Positions 51,001 to 64,000 of a stretch of DNA of 64,000 nucleotides are shown here, one piece after another. The translations under genes were made by a program, and so were the position numbers. The notes under the pieces were generated by a model. That model was not told the DNA's origin. It did not search any database and worked only from the letters and a program-made list of their open reading frames with translations. The DNA is from Octopus sinensis (Eukaryota): positions 35,960,001 to 36,024,000 of the forward strand of contig NC_042997.1 in the NCBI RefSeq assembly GCF_006345805.1, read 5' to 3'. Position 1 is the first letter of the stretch. Every line of letters starts with the position of its first letter.

Positions 51001-51559
51001 TTAATTAAGGAATCCGATAACGTTTGCCGTCCATACGTATAAGAATAGCCTCAAACGAATGTGAACACTAATAAGATAATTATTTCAGATAAAGAACAAC
51101 TAATTAAGACATGACAAATGCATAGACAAACTCATTTGCACATTAAATAAAATCAATAAACAACTCGAAACAGAATATTAACAAATGTTAAGAATGTATT
51201 ATTAGTCTTTTACACTTAATAATGTGTAACGCAAAAGATCATATGGTTACGAATAAAGATTAGGAAATAACGTGAAGCAATAGGACATACTGAAATATCA
51301 TTATCTCCACCAGTTATTGCTTCTAGTTTTTGTTGGGAAATAGGATAAGGTCTTAATTATTAAATGTTCAAACAGCAAGGGTAATATATCTTATATCAGT
51401 AGTGTGCTCATTCAGAGTTCGTCAACCAAACAGCCGACGAAGTAATAAATCATCTAATTTATCGATCAACCTACCTGTGTCCTCATGTATATCGATACAC
51501 ATACATAAATGCACATATACCTACATATGTGCGTATATGAATATATACATGTACGTGTA

Positions 51560-51597
<38 letters not shown>

Positions 51598-51619
51598 TTT
51601 GTGTGTGTATGTGTGTATG

Positions 51620-51650
<31 letters not shown>

Positions 51651-52004
51651 ATACATATGTATTATATATGTGTGTCCATATATACGTGTGTATATATAAA
51701 TATAAATAAATATGTATGCAGAGAGAGCGAGAGACAGACACACAGACAGAAGCAGAGTAAGAGGGAGTGCACAGAAAAGAGATGGCGAGGAAGAGATGTA
51801 GTCGTACGATAACTGATACCATGTAATTAGAGTTATCTAAACAAGATAGATGCTACCAATTTACTTGATAGCTGAATTGAATACACAATGACGCTTTACA
51901 TAAGGATATCCGATAGGATAAGGTCATCATTGGAAATTAATAAAACCGATCGTACAGTGTTGATCGTTCTCATCACTACTATTTGATACTCATTAGCAAA
52001 TATT

Positions 52005-52468
52005 ACGTAGAAGTCTGAAGTGACGTAAATAAAACATCACAGCCTATCAGAACATATTTGTTTCCTGTCAAAACGTTATCCAAACTCTGGAAGAATTGGT
52101 AGTCTGTGGGGGCAAGATCAGGTGAGTATGGTGGATGATAGACAGCTTATAATCCAATTCCCATAGTTTCGTCAATGTCATTGTTGATATGTGTCTTGCA
52201 ATAAAATAGGAGGGGATCTGTTGATTAATCTAGGCATTTTTTGTAAGATTCTGCATCATTTGGTCCAGTTGTCTGCAATAAACCTCCACCGTGATTGATG
52301 AGCCAGGTTTAATGAAACCATAATGAGATAGAATAAAGAAATAAATGTGTCAGTTTTCTTACAAATAATAAAGATTTTTAAAATATAATAATGGCGCAAA
52401 ATGAGCAGCTGTCAAAATTTACCATTTACCTTACAATAAACATCACACTTATATCCCCCCCCCCTTCG
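52005..52468 (-). mobile_element. Internally deleted mariner remnant
   Basis: PGSSITVEVYCRQLDQMMQNL, ARHISTMTLTKLWELDY and HPPYSPDLAPTDYQFFQSLDNVL on the minus strand. The 5' end reads cgaaggggggggatataagtg, which is TIR-like. Confidence 0.75.
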
Positions 52469-52469
52469 G

Positions 52470-52900
52470 TGCTCTAACACTTCATCCATGGCATTTGCCG
52501 GTGTATGTTGGTACTGCGCCCCCTTTACTTCGTATCCTCATTTCCGGTATAGTAGCCAGTGAAGGTTTTGACAAGCACTAACTATGCAAGTCACGTTTTC
52601 GACCCTCTTCTCACATATTTTAGTGTGAGGTTCTTTGCACTTGTGTGGTACATATCCTGGACAGCGATGATTAGGCTTTCGGTCTTCTTTTTAAGGTTAC
52701 CCTTGCTGAGTTAACTCCATGATGCTTCCTGATATTTTAAGTTGTTAATTTCGTGTTGGAACAGACCATAAAATTCCATGCGGAGTAAACTTACATCTAT
52801 TTCGTTCTGTATTCGTAATCGTAATCCATTAGCACTCTCAATGCATTCCTGGTAAATCCTTCTGCGTTAGTAGCATAGGGTAGCAGGTCTTCTTTGCTGT
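52470..52900 (-). mobile_element. R4/Dong-like non-LTR retrotransposon fragment
   Basis: FYGLFQHEI...SWS*LSKGNLKKKTESLIIAVQD and ENVTCIVSAC resemble the R4-clade WLxxGxLKxETExLIxAAQD and zinc-knuckle region. Confidence 0.6.
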
Positions 52901-52944
52901 GTACCAAATACTATTCCATTATTATCATCATTGTTGATATATTC

Positions 52945-52958
52945 TTCTTCTTCTTCTT

Positions 52959-53039
<81 letters not shown>

Positions 53040-53091
53040 GTTATTGTTATTGTTATTATTATTATTATTATTGTTGTTATTATTATCATTA

Positions 53092-53159
<68 letters not shown>

Positions 53160-53160
53160 T
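52945..53160. repeat. Compound (TTC)n(TTA)n(TTG) microsatellite; a further (TTA)n at 53420-53482
   Basis: Directly visible. Confidence 0.95.
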
Positions 53161-53426
53161 TTCCTTCTTTCTTCAAATTTTCTTCCGTTTCTCGCCGAGT
53201 GTTTTCCATACACCTAGGGCAGAGAAGGGCATTGTATGCATTCCCAGATTACACGGGCAAATTCACAGATAAAATATGTATTTAAAAATTAATGAATAAA
53301 TAAATTCATGGATGGATGTATTTTCACAGCGATAATGCCCTTCTCAGTACATGAGCCGTTCCAGTTAATACGATTTTTTGCACTTCCTGTAGGGATGGTA
53401 AACCTGGAATCATTTTCAAATTATTA

Positions 53427-53482
<56 letters not shown>

Positions 53483-53989
53483 GAAATTAAAATAATGCTT
53501 TCATAATATCCAAATTACCAATGGCTTTATGCCAAAAATGCTGAACAATTTCAGCAACCATCAGAAGCAGCTGAAACAAACGCTATGGTGTGGTGTTCTG
53601 TAAGTGGAGGTGTGAGTTTGTCTCATCCGTAACTTGTAAAACACCGGGCACTTGAAGAACACCGGTACGAATATCAGTGAGGAAAGAATAACCGATGTGA
53701 ATTCAAGGGATGTGAATATATTGTTCACTGAATTTATGCATTTTCATATATACCAAAATGTACCACTCCGGTAATTAAGATATTTGCTTACAATTTGTGT
53801 TTGGCGTGAGTTGACAGCTTGATGCGGTAGATTGCCAAAGGTGTGGGGATAGGGTGTCTTGTGTGGAAGTAATTTCAAACTCATGTGTGGTAGTGTACAT
53901 GTCGGTGTATTCGAGATTTCATTTGTCAAATATTTCTGTACCATATCATATACCAATTCAGACTGCAGTGAGAAAAAAATACTAACGCG

Positions 53990-54569
53990 GGAAATTCGGT
54001 AAATTTTGATCCATTCACCCGCACGATTTTCACTTAAAAAAAAAAACCTCAGATATTTTGAGTGGAATCGAGTACCCTGACGTTATAAAGTGCTGCGAAC
54101 TCCTTATTTTTGTTTGGAAGAAAGCGGGGTGGACTCCCCTGCCCCATATCCCGGAATCATTGGAATTTTTATTTTATTTCGTTGAATGAATCCCGGTGAC
54201 ATCCTAATATGCTACAAAGCCCATTTCTTGGGTCTGGAAAACGGGGTGGGGCGAGGTGGAAGCCTCAGAAATTTCACAACGCACCCCCATTGATCTTTTC
54301 ACCTGTACGATTTTCACTAAGAAAAACTTGGAATTTTTGTAGGGAATCAAATACCCTGATCTCATAATATGCTGCAAACCCCTTATTTGTGTTCGGAAAA
54401 AAAGGGTGGTCGGGAAGCCGGAACACTCACTCACCATCTCTCTCTCTGTCTCTCTCTGTCTCTCTCTCTGTCTCTCTCCCCCTATACAAAAACAAATTTC
54501 GGCGCCAGAAATTGCAAAAAGAAACTCTATTTTTGGTGCAGAAATGTTTCCTTTTTGTGTGTGTGTGAG

Positions 54570-54600
<31 letters not shown>

Positions 54601-55360
54601 GGAGGAACAGAAAAATAGTGATTGTGTGAGTGGGTGACGCAGTTTACCTAAACATTGAATGGGTAACACTCTATCATAATTATATATATCATCATCACCA
54701 GCATTGCTTCACGTCTGCTTTCTAACTGGCATGGGTTGGACAGTTTGACTGAGGACAGGCAAACCAGGAAAGTTTATTCAGGATTATTATATATATTATA
54801 TCCAGTGATTTTAAGAGGTAGGAAAAAGATATTTTGTTAATATTTTAATTTACTCCATTTCACTCATGAATGCAGAATCTCTAACGTGTTTTTTTTTAAG
54901 ATTTTTATAATGGGTGCATCTTCAATTATTCATTTCAAACTTTTTTTGAATTTTCAATCGAATGTAATCCACACAATCTCGAAAACGTATTTCTGCAAAA
55001 TGTTAACTAAAATTATGGGTAAAGAAAGAAATAGCAAAAAAATATTTGAAAATGTGGGTTGGGGGTGAAATTTCCAAGTGTTACAATCACACCCACCCCA
55101 ACCCGTTTTTCGGACCCAAAAAAGGGTTTGGTAGGATATTAGGATATTACCGGAATTAAGTCAACGAAAAAAAAATATATATATATATTCCAATGGTTCC
55201 TAGATATGGGGGCGGTTTCCCACCCCACTCTTTTCCCAGGTGTTTGCAGCATATTAGGAGGTCAAGGTACTTGATTTCATGCAAAAAATCCGAGTTTTCT
55301 TTTCTTAGTGAAAATCGTGCTGGTAGAGGAATCAAATAATACCGGAAATTCAAAATTTAT
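53990..55360. mobile_element. Foldback-like element with ~300-bp imperfect, internally repetitive inverted arms
   Basis: 53990-54290 aligns to the reverse complement of ~55060-55360 through gcacgattttcact, gtacc(c/t)tgac, gctgc(g/a)aac, ccccatatc, cattggaat, atcctaatat and gggtc..aaaacggg. 54300-54410 repeats 54016-54132 directly. Confidence 0.6.
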
Positions 55361-55539
55361 ATTTATGGTGGGTCGTTCAGATTGCTTAGGTAAAATTACA
55401 TTCATGTAGGTAGGAGTACAGTATATCTTCTTTTTAATTTACATAGATTATGTGAGACAAGAATATCCTACACGTTCTAATGCATAAATGTCATTAATAA
55501 CGCACAGCTGTTACTTCAAATTACATTTATATCTCTTAG

Positions 55540-55605
55540 GATTTGGATAATAATGGACGAATTGTAGATGTTCTTGAAATGACCTTCATCCTCGCCCACA
55601 TTCCT
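55540..55605 (+). other. Candidate 66-nt exon encoding DLDNNGRIVDVLEMTFILAHIP (EF-hand-loop-like)
   Basis: Acceptor tttatatctcttag, donor GTGAGA, phase 0-0. The DxDxNGxI pattern is present, but the Glu is at position 13 rather than 12. Confidence 0.15.
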
Positions 55606-57034
55606 GTGAGAGGTTTAAACATTATATCTAACTCGCACGCAATTGTTTCTGTATTACATTGGGCCTATGGTAGGCATGAGTCTGTCTTTCAGCAACCTGT
55701 TTCTATCTAGGTTCAGGCCTACCTACTATCATTTCATTTATCATACTTGCAATACTAAAGAGTTGTAGAATGTTAAAGATTTTCCTCCTTCGGTGAAAAT
55801 GTTCATCACCTGATGTAAAAAAGATTCTTCAGAAATTTATATGTTAAGGGATAATGGGCGTAAAAAACATTAAGTTACTGTAGTGTTTTTGAGACGGTGT
55901 TTTTGAGACGGCGTTATTAAAATTCCTAACACTGAACGTCGACAAACGGCTCAATGTCGTACGCTCATGCAGCCACCAGGATCTGCTCAATCGAAGATAT
56001 ATTATATTAATATATTTCAGATTCATTTTATTTCTGGAAAGGTTTATAGGCACAATTAGCTAAGTTTAATTTTCCCTCATCGAAATATATGCAACTACAC
56101 ATGCTTTTAAATTTAAACTTGTTTATCATTAACCATACCCACTCAGTGGCCACCCACATCCACCCGAGAATTCAACATATAAGCAAATACATTGCATACA
56201 AGTGAGACACATTTTGGTCTCAGTCCAAGAAACATCAAACCAGTGAATCTAATATATTTTCTTGGCTTCTGTCGTGGGTGATCTCTTCCATGAATTGTGT
56301 TCCTCTCTTTTCTTATAACAGTCCTTGCAGGAGTCCGTTCCTTAAACCTCCAATATGAACTAAATGTTAATTTGCGTATTATGAAACATCGTATTTCATT
56401 AATTATTTTAACATACCCATTCTGTTATCTAATAGTTGCGTTTCTTTTTTCACAGCATACTAGATGTTTAGAAATATATGTACATTTAAGTATGTATTTG
56501 TTACAGAAGCGACAATCCGATTACTTTCGCATGGTATTTGCAGTATTTTAACAGCAAACCACTAACAATTACAATGTATTTACTATTTTACTAGATAACA
56601 TTTACTATGAAAGAATATAACTTTCCAACGATATTTAGAGGCTGGCAAATAATCAACGCCTTTGCCTGTAAGTCGTGAAAAACAGAAAACATATCTTGTC
56701 CAAACAAATGTAAAATGCTAAACAAAAATAACAAAAAGAATATGCTTCTAATAAGTTTCTATAATTGAATAAACAGATTAATTATTAATATATCAACTAC
56801 AGTTTATAAACACGCAACAGAATAAATTCGAATTTAAATAGATACACACACACACACACACACGTCACACAGGTGTGCGTACGGATATTTATGTTAGTCA
56901 ATATCTATCTCTTTTCTACCTTTTCTCTCTTTACTGTTCAGATACCTATATCTATGTCTACCAAACACTCTCTCTTTCTCTCTCTCTCTTATTTATATAT
57001 TGATATATTTATATATATACACACATATAAATAT

Positions 57035-57094
<60 letters not shown>

Positions 57095-57526
57095 ATGATA
57101 TATAGATAGATATCAATGGAGAGAGAGAACGAGGGAGAGGAGGAGAGAGATTCATATATATATATATATATATAAATATGTATACTCGCGTGCGCGTGTT
57201 TCATGAGATTGAAGCTTATAGACGAAAAGTTAATGTCTTATTTCCTAAGGTTTCGTTTATAAGTATCAATTAGATTCATGTAGAGATATTAATTACATCA
57301 CATGTTCAACAAGCAGGTTTCACATCGATATAATGTCAATAATTTGGACAGCTATTTTTTTCTAAACTCTTTGTTCACAGAATGTTTACGTAAAGTCGTC
57401 TTGAAATTTTGTATGTTTTACCTATGCTTTATTGAACTAAACCACCACATGCGGTTACTGAAAACTACAAATATACGTAGATGTGTATCTAAGTTGAAAA
57501 GTTATACACACAGAGACATATATATA

Positions 57527-57604
<78 letters not shown>

Positions 57605-59393
57605 CATACGCATATATATACGTACACATGCATACATATGTATGTATAAACATACGTAACTACATACATACATGTATACATACACACACACAATGAAGTC
57701 TGTGTACGGAATGACACGAGATAACAAAAAAATATCAACCTCATATAATTATATGTTTTAGTTATAAATTCGGCCTGAAGAAGGTGATTTAGATAATAAA
57801 TGCACATATCCGGTGAGAAAATAAAACACGTGATAAGTGAATCATTCCGTTTATTAACGTAGAAGCAAAAAACTGTGTTATGAAAGTAGAGGAAATGCAT
57901 TTACCGCCACTCAGTTCCAAAGATCTGAGAAAGTAAATTAATGACAATCATAATAAACACTGTTACTTAACACAAGGAGTTAAAACTCTGATTAATACCT
58001 GATGTTTATTCCTGCATACCTAAAGTGGTGTAATATTGGGTGTGCATTCTAACATTGAGTGAACTGACGGTGTGATCATACATTATTCACCTGAGGCAGT
58101 GCACATTTCAATTTGAATGGTTGAGGATTACACAACTTGTAACGAATGTACTACGGGTGTAAAAAGGTATTGAAACAATTATAGTGAGACTTAATAAAGA
58201 ATGACTTTCATTCAATTTTCTCTCATGTTTATGTATATATGTGTATACGCGCGCACTTGTGTGTATGTATGCTTCTGTGTATATATGTACATGTTTATGC
58301 ATGTATCTATGTATGTTTGCTTGTATGTGTGTATCTATGCATGTTTGCTGTGTGTATTATCTGTGTTTGTTTGTATGTATGTATGTACGCTTATACCTAC
58401 CTGTATATATTTGCAATTGATGTAGCGCCATCTATTTTCTTGTCCTGTACTGTGATATAACACCTGCCTGTAATCACTCTTTAATTTTCACCGATACAAT
58501 GAATGGTAACAAAGGGCAGAAATTGTGACTAGCTACGGAATGAATCAAGCTTGGAAGAATTAAACCTGCTATGTTTTGAAAAATTCTTAATTCCTTTCCG
58601 GTGTCCTTTCAACACGAGCATAAATGCTGCAAAGTGAAAGAACAATACTCAAATACTTATATTATTGAGATGATGTGACTGAGAAAACCTTCAACCACGT
58701 TGACAGCATCCGAGCACAATTGTTCCGAAAGTAAACATAATTATCTAATAACATAATATGAAACGTCTAACAAAGGAAACATAGTCGTCTCTTCGATACA
58801 TGCTTCAAGAAAATGTTATCCTTATTTACACCCATAAGCGCATCCTCTCACACACACGTCCTCACGCGCACACACACAAATACACAAACACACACACACA
58901 AATACACAGATACGCACGCATATATTTGCATATTTGTACGTACTTATGTATATGTGTGTTTGTTTGCAGCTATAAAATAATTCTATCCACATTAGATAAA
59001 GTCCACTATTAATATAACTATAAAACAGCTCTTTGCACGATGTAATACTTTCTTTCTAACAATAAGAGATCTTCTCTTCATTGAGATATTATTTCGTTTT
59101 ATTCATGTCTCTGTAAAGCTGTAAACGTATGATAATAAGTATTAATGTTGTAAATTGCAGTTGTTAATGTTTCTCAAAGACTGCCTCTTCACAATTCTTC
59201 AGAAAGCGGATTTATATGTAACTAATGTCGTTAGAAACCCTCAAGTGATACATTATAGTAAATTCCAAGAGAAAGTACAATGCGTTTCTTCGTGTCTTTA
59301 TCGCTCACATTCAAATTAAGACATACATACATACAAATATATAAATATGTGTGTGTAGTTGTGTGTGTGCGTGTTGTTGTGTATGTATAAATA

Positions 59394-59441
<48 letters not shown>

Positions 59442-62400
59442 TAGATCTATATATTTGCATTTGAATGGATGCGTGTACATGTATTTGTGTGCACAGGTAA
59501 AGAGAGAGAGAGAGAGAAAGTGAGAGAGAGAGAGAGAGAGCGCGGAGAGAATGCGAGAAAGAGAAAGAACATGAATTTATAACATTATAGGTTTCTGTTG
59601 GCAAATATTAATTATAGCCTGAAAGGCAATATGATAATCGAACTCTTTTATGGCCAGCAGTTTAGGAATGTTCTTGCAATTTCTGTTTGGTAAGTGGTTG
59701 ATTACATTATAGAAATATTTGCGCGACATTAGTAGACCGTATACCTGGAAAACTTTAAGGTAAATAACACCTTTTATTATAGACATTATATTCTTCCCTT
59801 CGTGTTTTATTTACATTATTCCCTGGGGTAATCCTGAATTTAATTACCGTAACCTGAAATGTGTATCTTTATAATATACGACAAATCCAAACGGCATACA
59901 ATTACTATAAGACAAATACAAAATTAAATGTAGAGAAATTGATTAAGCCCAATAATTTAACGATATATTGAAGAGGTGTATCAAAGAAGCTCTTCTAAAA
60001 AAATCAATTACTTTTGATACATGCAACGCTTTTACAAGAAATTGCTATCAGGGTCTAAAATAATGTTGGCAATTTTCATTCCTCTATTGCAAACCAAAAA
60101 CTTTTTTTAAAAATGTGATCGCAATTTTTTATCTACGTTAGAAAATCTAGATAACGCCAGTCATTTGGTGTAATACCACAGGCAAGATATTTTTTGAATA
60201 TTGCGTTTTTAAATAACTATGAAATAAGATGTATGAAATTACTTTGATATAATTCATATTTTATAACAAATATTTTTTGGCTCCGCTTCTTTCAATTCTA
60301 ACCTACAATAATTATTTCATTATATATCGATAAACTTGTTACACTGAATATGATTGAAGTGGGAACGTGATTCTGTTATCTAGCTACCTATATCTCAAAT
60401 TGCCAATGTTTCTTTATTACTCACGTTAATTAAACGCTTCTGTATGATTGCTCAACTAGCTAGAAAAAAAAACACGTAAAAATCTTTCATAAATATCACA
60501 TCGTATTTTACAAAAAAATACATATAGGATAACGTGGAGAGCTCTAAAAATGTAGGAAGAGCATCATCGAAAAATGTTGTATCATACCTATGGCCAAATA
60601 GGCCGAAGTTGGCTAAACAAGACAAAGAAAAGATAAATAAATATACAATTTCACCATGTTTATACAATCAATGACAAACACGCATGTAAAGAATAATCGT
60701 GAAAATAAGGCAAATTATTTTTATGGGGTGTATTAATGGCGTATTTCTTTTACTTTATGGAATTTTCTGCAATATCGGTTTTGCTTTGGTTTGTTGTCCG
60801 TATGCTCGATTGTTGATTTCACTAGGTTTAGAACACAAGCACAGATGGATATCCGTAATGCTTAGTTACAACATTTGTGAGTCAACACAAGCATAAAATT
60901 TATGAGAAGTGAGATCCATTCCAGAGGATTATATACACGTACGTATGCACACTTGCATACACACGCACATACATGAATTTATGTATGCGAACATACCACT
61001 GCATCTTCTCCTCTCTCTCTCTCACTCTCACTCCCTATCTATATCTATATACATTCACAAACCTACACAAGCAGAAACTCCGAAATATCAATATGAAGTC
61101 TCTGCATTGGTGTATATCCAAAATTAATGTAAAGTCTGCGTATTTCTTAATCCCTTGTATTCGTGTTAATAAAACTATATTCAAATTCTCAGCATCCTGA
61201 AATAATGCAGAATTAAATACAGTTAAATACGTATTTCAAATATGTGTACTGATTTTTAAAGCACAATGCTACTCTACAGCACGTTTTGTTGTTTGCTGAC
61301 TGATGGATTCTCACCTAGACCAGTATTGAAATATTATCGTTGTTGTGCGTGGAGATAAATTCTTATCAAAAGATATTTATCATATAAATAATACATTACT
61401 TTTAAAAGAAATATATCCAAAAATATATCCAATCCTTTCCAATACTGTTGACAGACTTAATATTTTCCTTTTACCGAATATTTATTTTATTGATTGTGCG
61501 TCTTATACAATTCTGATTTAATATTTTCAAAGAATGCATGATGAGATAATGGCAACTTCTCAATTGAAATTGCCTATTTGTTTGTTCGATGTGACTGATA
61601 GCTGACGATGAAATTAATATTCCAGAGAATTTGTGATATTTTGCTTTTTGCATGTGTATATGACATACGGTTATTTTTTAAGAAGTTCAGTTGATTGCTG
61701 GTCTGTGTGCAATTATATGTTATCTACAACGAGGAATTATATGCATAAATATATATGTGTGTTTGCATATGTATATGTATGTTTGCCTTTGTATGCATGT
61801 ATATTCATGTATGCACATGCATATATGTATATGTATGCATGTACATGTATGTATGTGTGCTTATATATTATGATGATATATATATTTATGCATGTATGTA
61901 TATGTATACTTGTATATATGTATATGTGTCTTTGTGTGCATGTTTGAGCGCGGTCCGTGTGTGTATATATGTGTGTGCGCGCAGGGTTTTGTACAGAACA
62001 TAAATTGTCACCGTTTAAAAATTGGATTGTAAATGAACAGATGATTCAAGAAACTATTTACAAAGGTGAATAAAGCATATTATTGATATTTGAAATTTGA
62101 TTTTTCAGCGATAAATATGGAATACAATAATCACATAAAATTTACCATATCGAACTGATTTTGCAAATCCTGTATATCAATTATTATAAAATGAATATTG
62201 AAACACGAATCTATGTATTCATTTAGTATAAAATAGTATTATTCTGCTTTTTTTACGGATATTTCATTTTGATATCTTTTATAACAAGACGCAAAGTTTC
62301 GTGAGAAAAATTGCGATAACTTGTCAAAAGTGAATAATTTGGTATTGTTATTGCTATTGATGTAACGATCAATCGAAGAAAACTCTTTCCTGAAAAATTA

Positions 62401-63126
62401 TTGAAATATTATTTCTTTGAGCGCCGATGGCAGTTTTCGGTTTTATTGAAGTTATGATGCAATGTATTCAATGTTTTAAAACGATTTTATGAATTATACA
62501 ATTCTTGTTTTGTTGCAAATCAACTGATTATCATATTAAATGGGCTAGCGTTTAAATGTAGTTAAGCTTCAGCTGCTGGTTATGAATTTATTATACTAAA
62601 TATGTTTCTTCTTACTATAGGTCATTTCTTAACAAACACCAACTAAACAATTACTGTCTTGAATCACTCCGTAATATTATTCACGTTAATGAACCCATCG
62701 ATGTATAAGCTCTATAATACACGATTTGAGGTGATTGTCACTATCTGGAAACAAATAAAACCAGATCATATTCCTGTATTGCAACAGGATTATATAGAAA
62801 TCTTCAACAGTGAAATACTGATTAATCTGTCAGAGATACGTAATTGTATGGTATATGTTAAATTTTTTAACTTCGCCCAGTTTCTTAAAATCTGAGACTG
62901 TATCAGTGGAACACACATCATTTACATGCGTTATGCATACAACTTCAAATAAGATGTGCTATAAAAAATATACAGCCACACACACATTCATCTGTATATA
63001 TGTATGCATATACGTACATGCATACACACAGACATATATATATATATGTATATATATGTATATATATACATGCAATATGTATTTATATATGTTCACACAT
63101 ATAGATATGTACATATATATATATAA

Positions 63127-63157
<31 letters not shown>

Positions 63158-64000
63158 CATGCGTACATACATTCATTCATACATACATACATACATACAA
63201 ACATACATACATACCTACATACATACATACATACATACATGTATATGATTATGTGTGGGTGCGTGTGTAATTTCTATAGCATTTACTCTATATATATATT
63301 ATTCCAGTAACAAAGAGATTGAAACCTGAAAACTAAATTCTAAAGGCATACCTGGAAATTAATCTCCTAATATAAAATATATTTAATACCTACTCGAATC
63401 TGGTTATACCTTGAAGCATATATTCTTATACTACAATAAGTTTTTCCATTGAATAATGTATTTTGTTCCTAAAATATCATTCATAAGTAGATTAAAATAT
63501 AATTTGCACTATGAAACTGAATGGCATCTTAAAAATTATTTGGATATTTCGAGATTGCTTGATCCAAATGAATTGTTTGGTTATAATAACTGTTATGTCG
63601 CACGTTCGGATGCTTTCTTCTCAACGCGACTCGACTCTCTACTCCTCTTGACTCTAGTTTCTTCTGCTACTCTCCTCTCACCGCGAACCTCTGTATCTAC
63701 GTATTGGGCTAGTCTAATTCATCGTCTGTGGGGGTCGACACAACAATAACTAAACGAAAGTTTTGGGTGTTTACATTATAGGGCAACTGTTGTGTTTCAT
63801 ATAATTATATTACTGAATTTGTTTTAATTACACAGCCTATTTTGCAACTGACAATCTGAGCAAGCGTATGTTAGAAAAAAAACAAATGAAAGATTTTCCA
63901 AGAAAACCTGGAACCAAGAACTTAGAACTTGAACAACTAAGCTACCCAGTAAAAGACAAATGCTCTCATTCTCTGTATGTATATCTGTCCCTTTCTTTGT

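Noticed and set aside
57771-57800. CCUGAAGAAGG half-core
   Set aside because: No downstream GAAAC or stems.

Overview
AT-rich eukaryotic DNA, saturated with microsatellites and transposon remnants. The SINE families and overall texture look like a cephalopod (Octopus-like) genome; this is inferred from recalled repeat sequences, not from a search. I could not confidently identify any host protein-coding exon, and there are no rRNA genes, true tRNA genes or CRISPR arrays. All long ORFs in the supplied track are artefacts of stop-free microsatellites or are transposon fragments. The window contains many copies of two tRNA-derived SINE families and several Penelope-like element (PLE) remnants. 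It also contains a Tc1 element with DD36E spacing, two mariner remnants, and a non-autonomous Helitron. Further elements are RLE-type and RTE-type LINE fragments (one nested in the other with a TSD), MITE/foldback elements, and a 2.6-kb (CATA)n array. The most interesting signals are hammerhead-ribozyme (HHR)-like motifs at PLE termini. These are (i) a 92-bp-arm near-perfect palindrome carrying a type I HHR fold on each strand (5483-5674), (ii) a near-canonical HHR in an inverted PLE terminus (47921-47964), and (iii) a four-copy family with a variant core CUGUNGAA. Also notable is a perfect 63-bp inverted copy of a PLE 3' UTR segment fused to the start of the (CATA)n array. All alignments and folds were done by eye.
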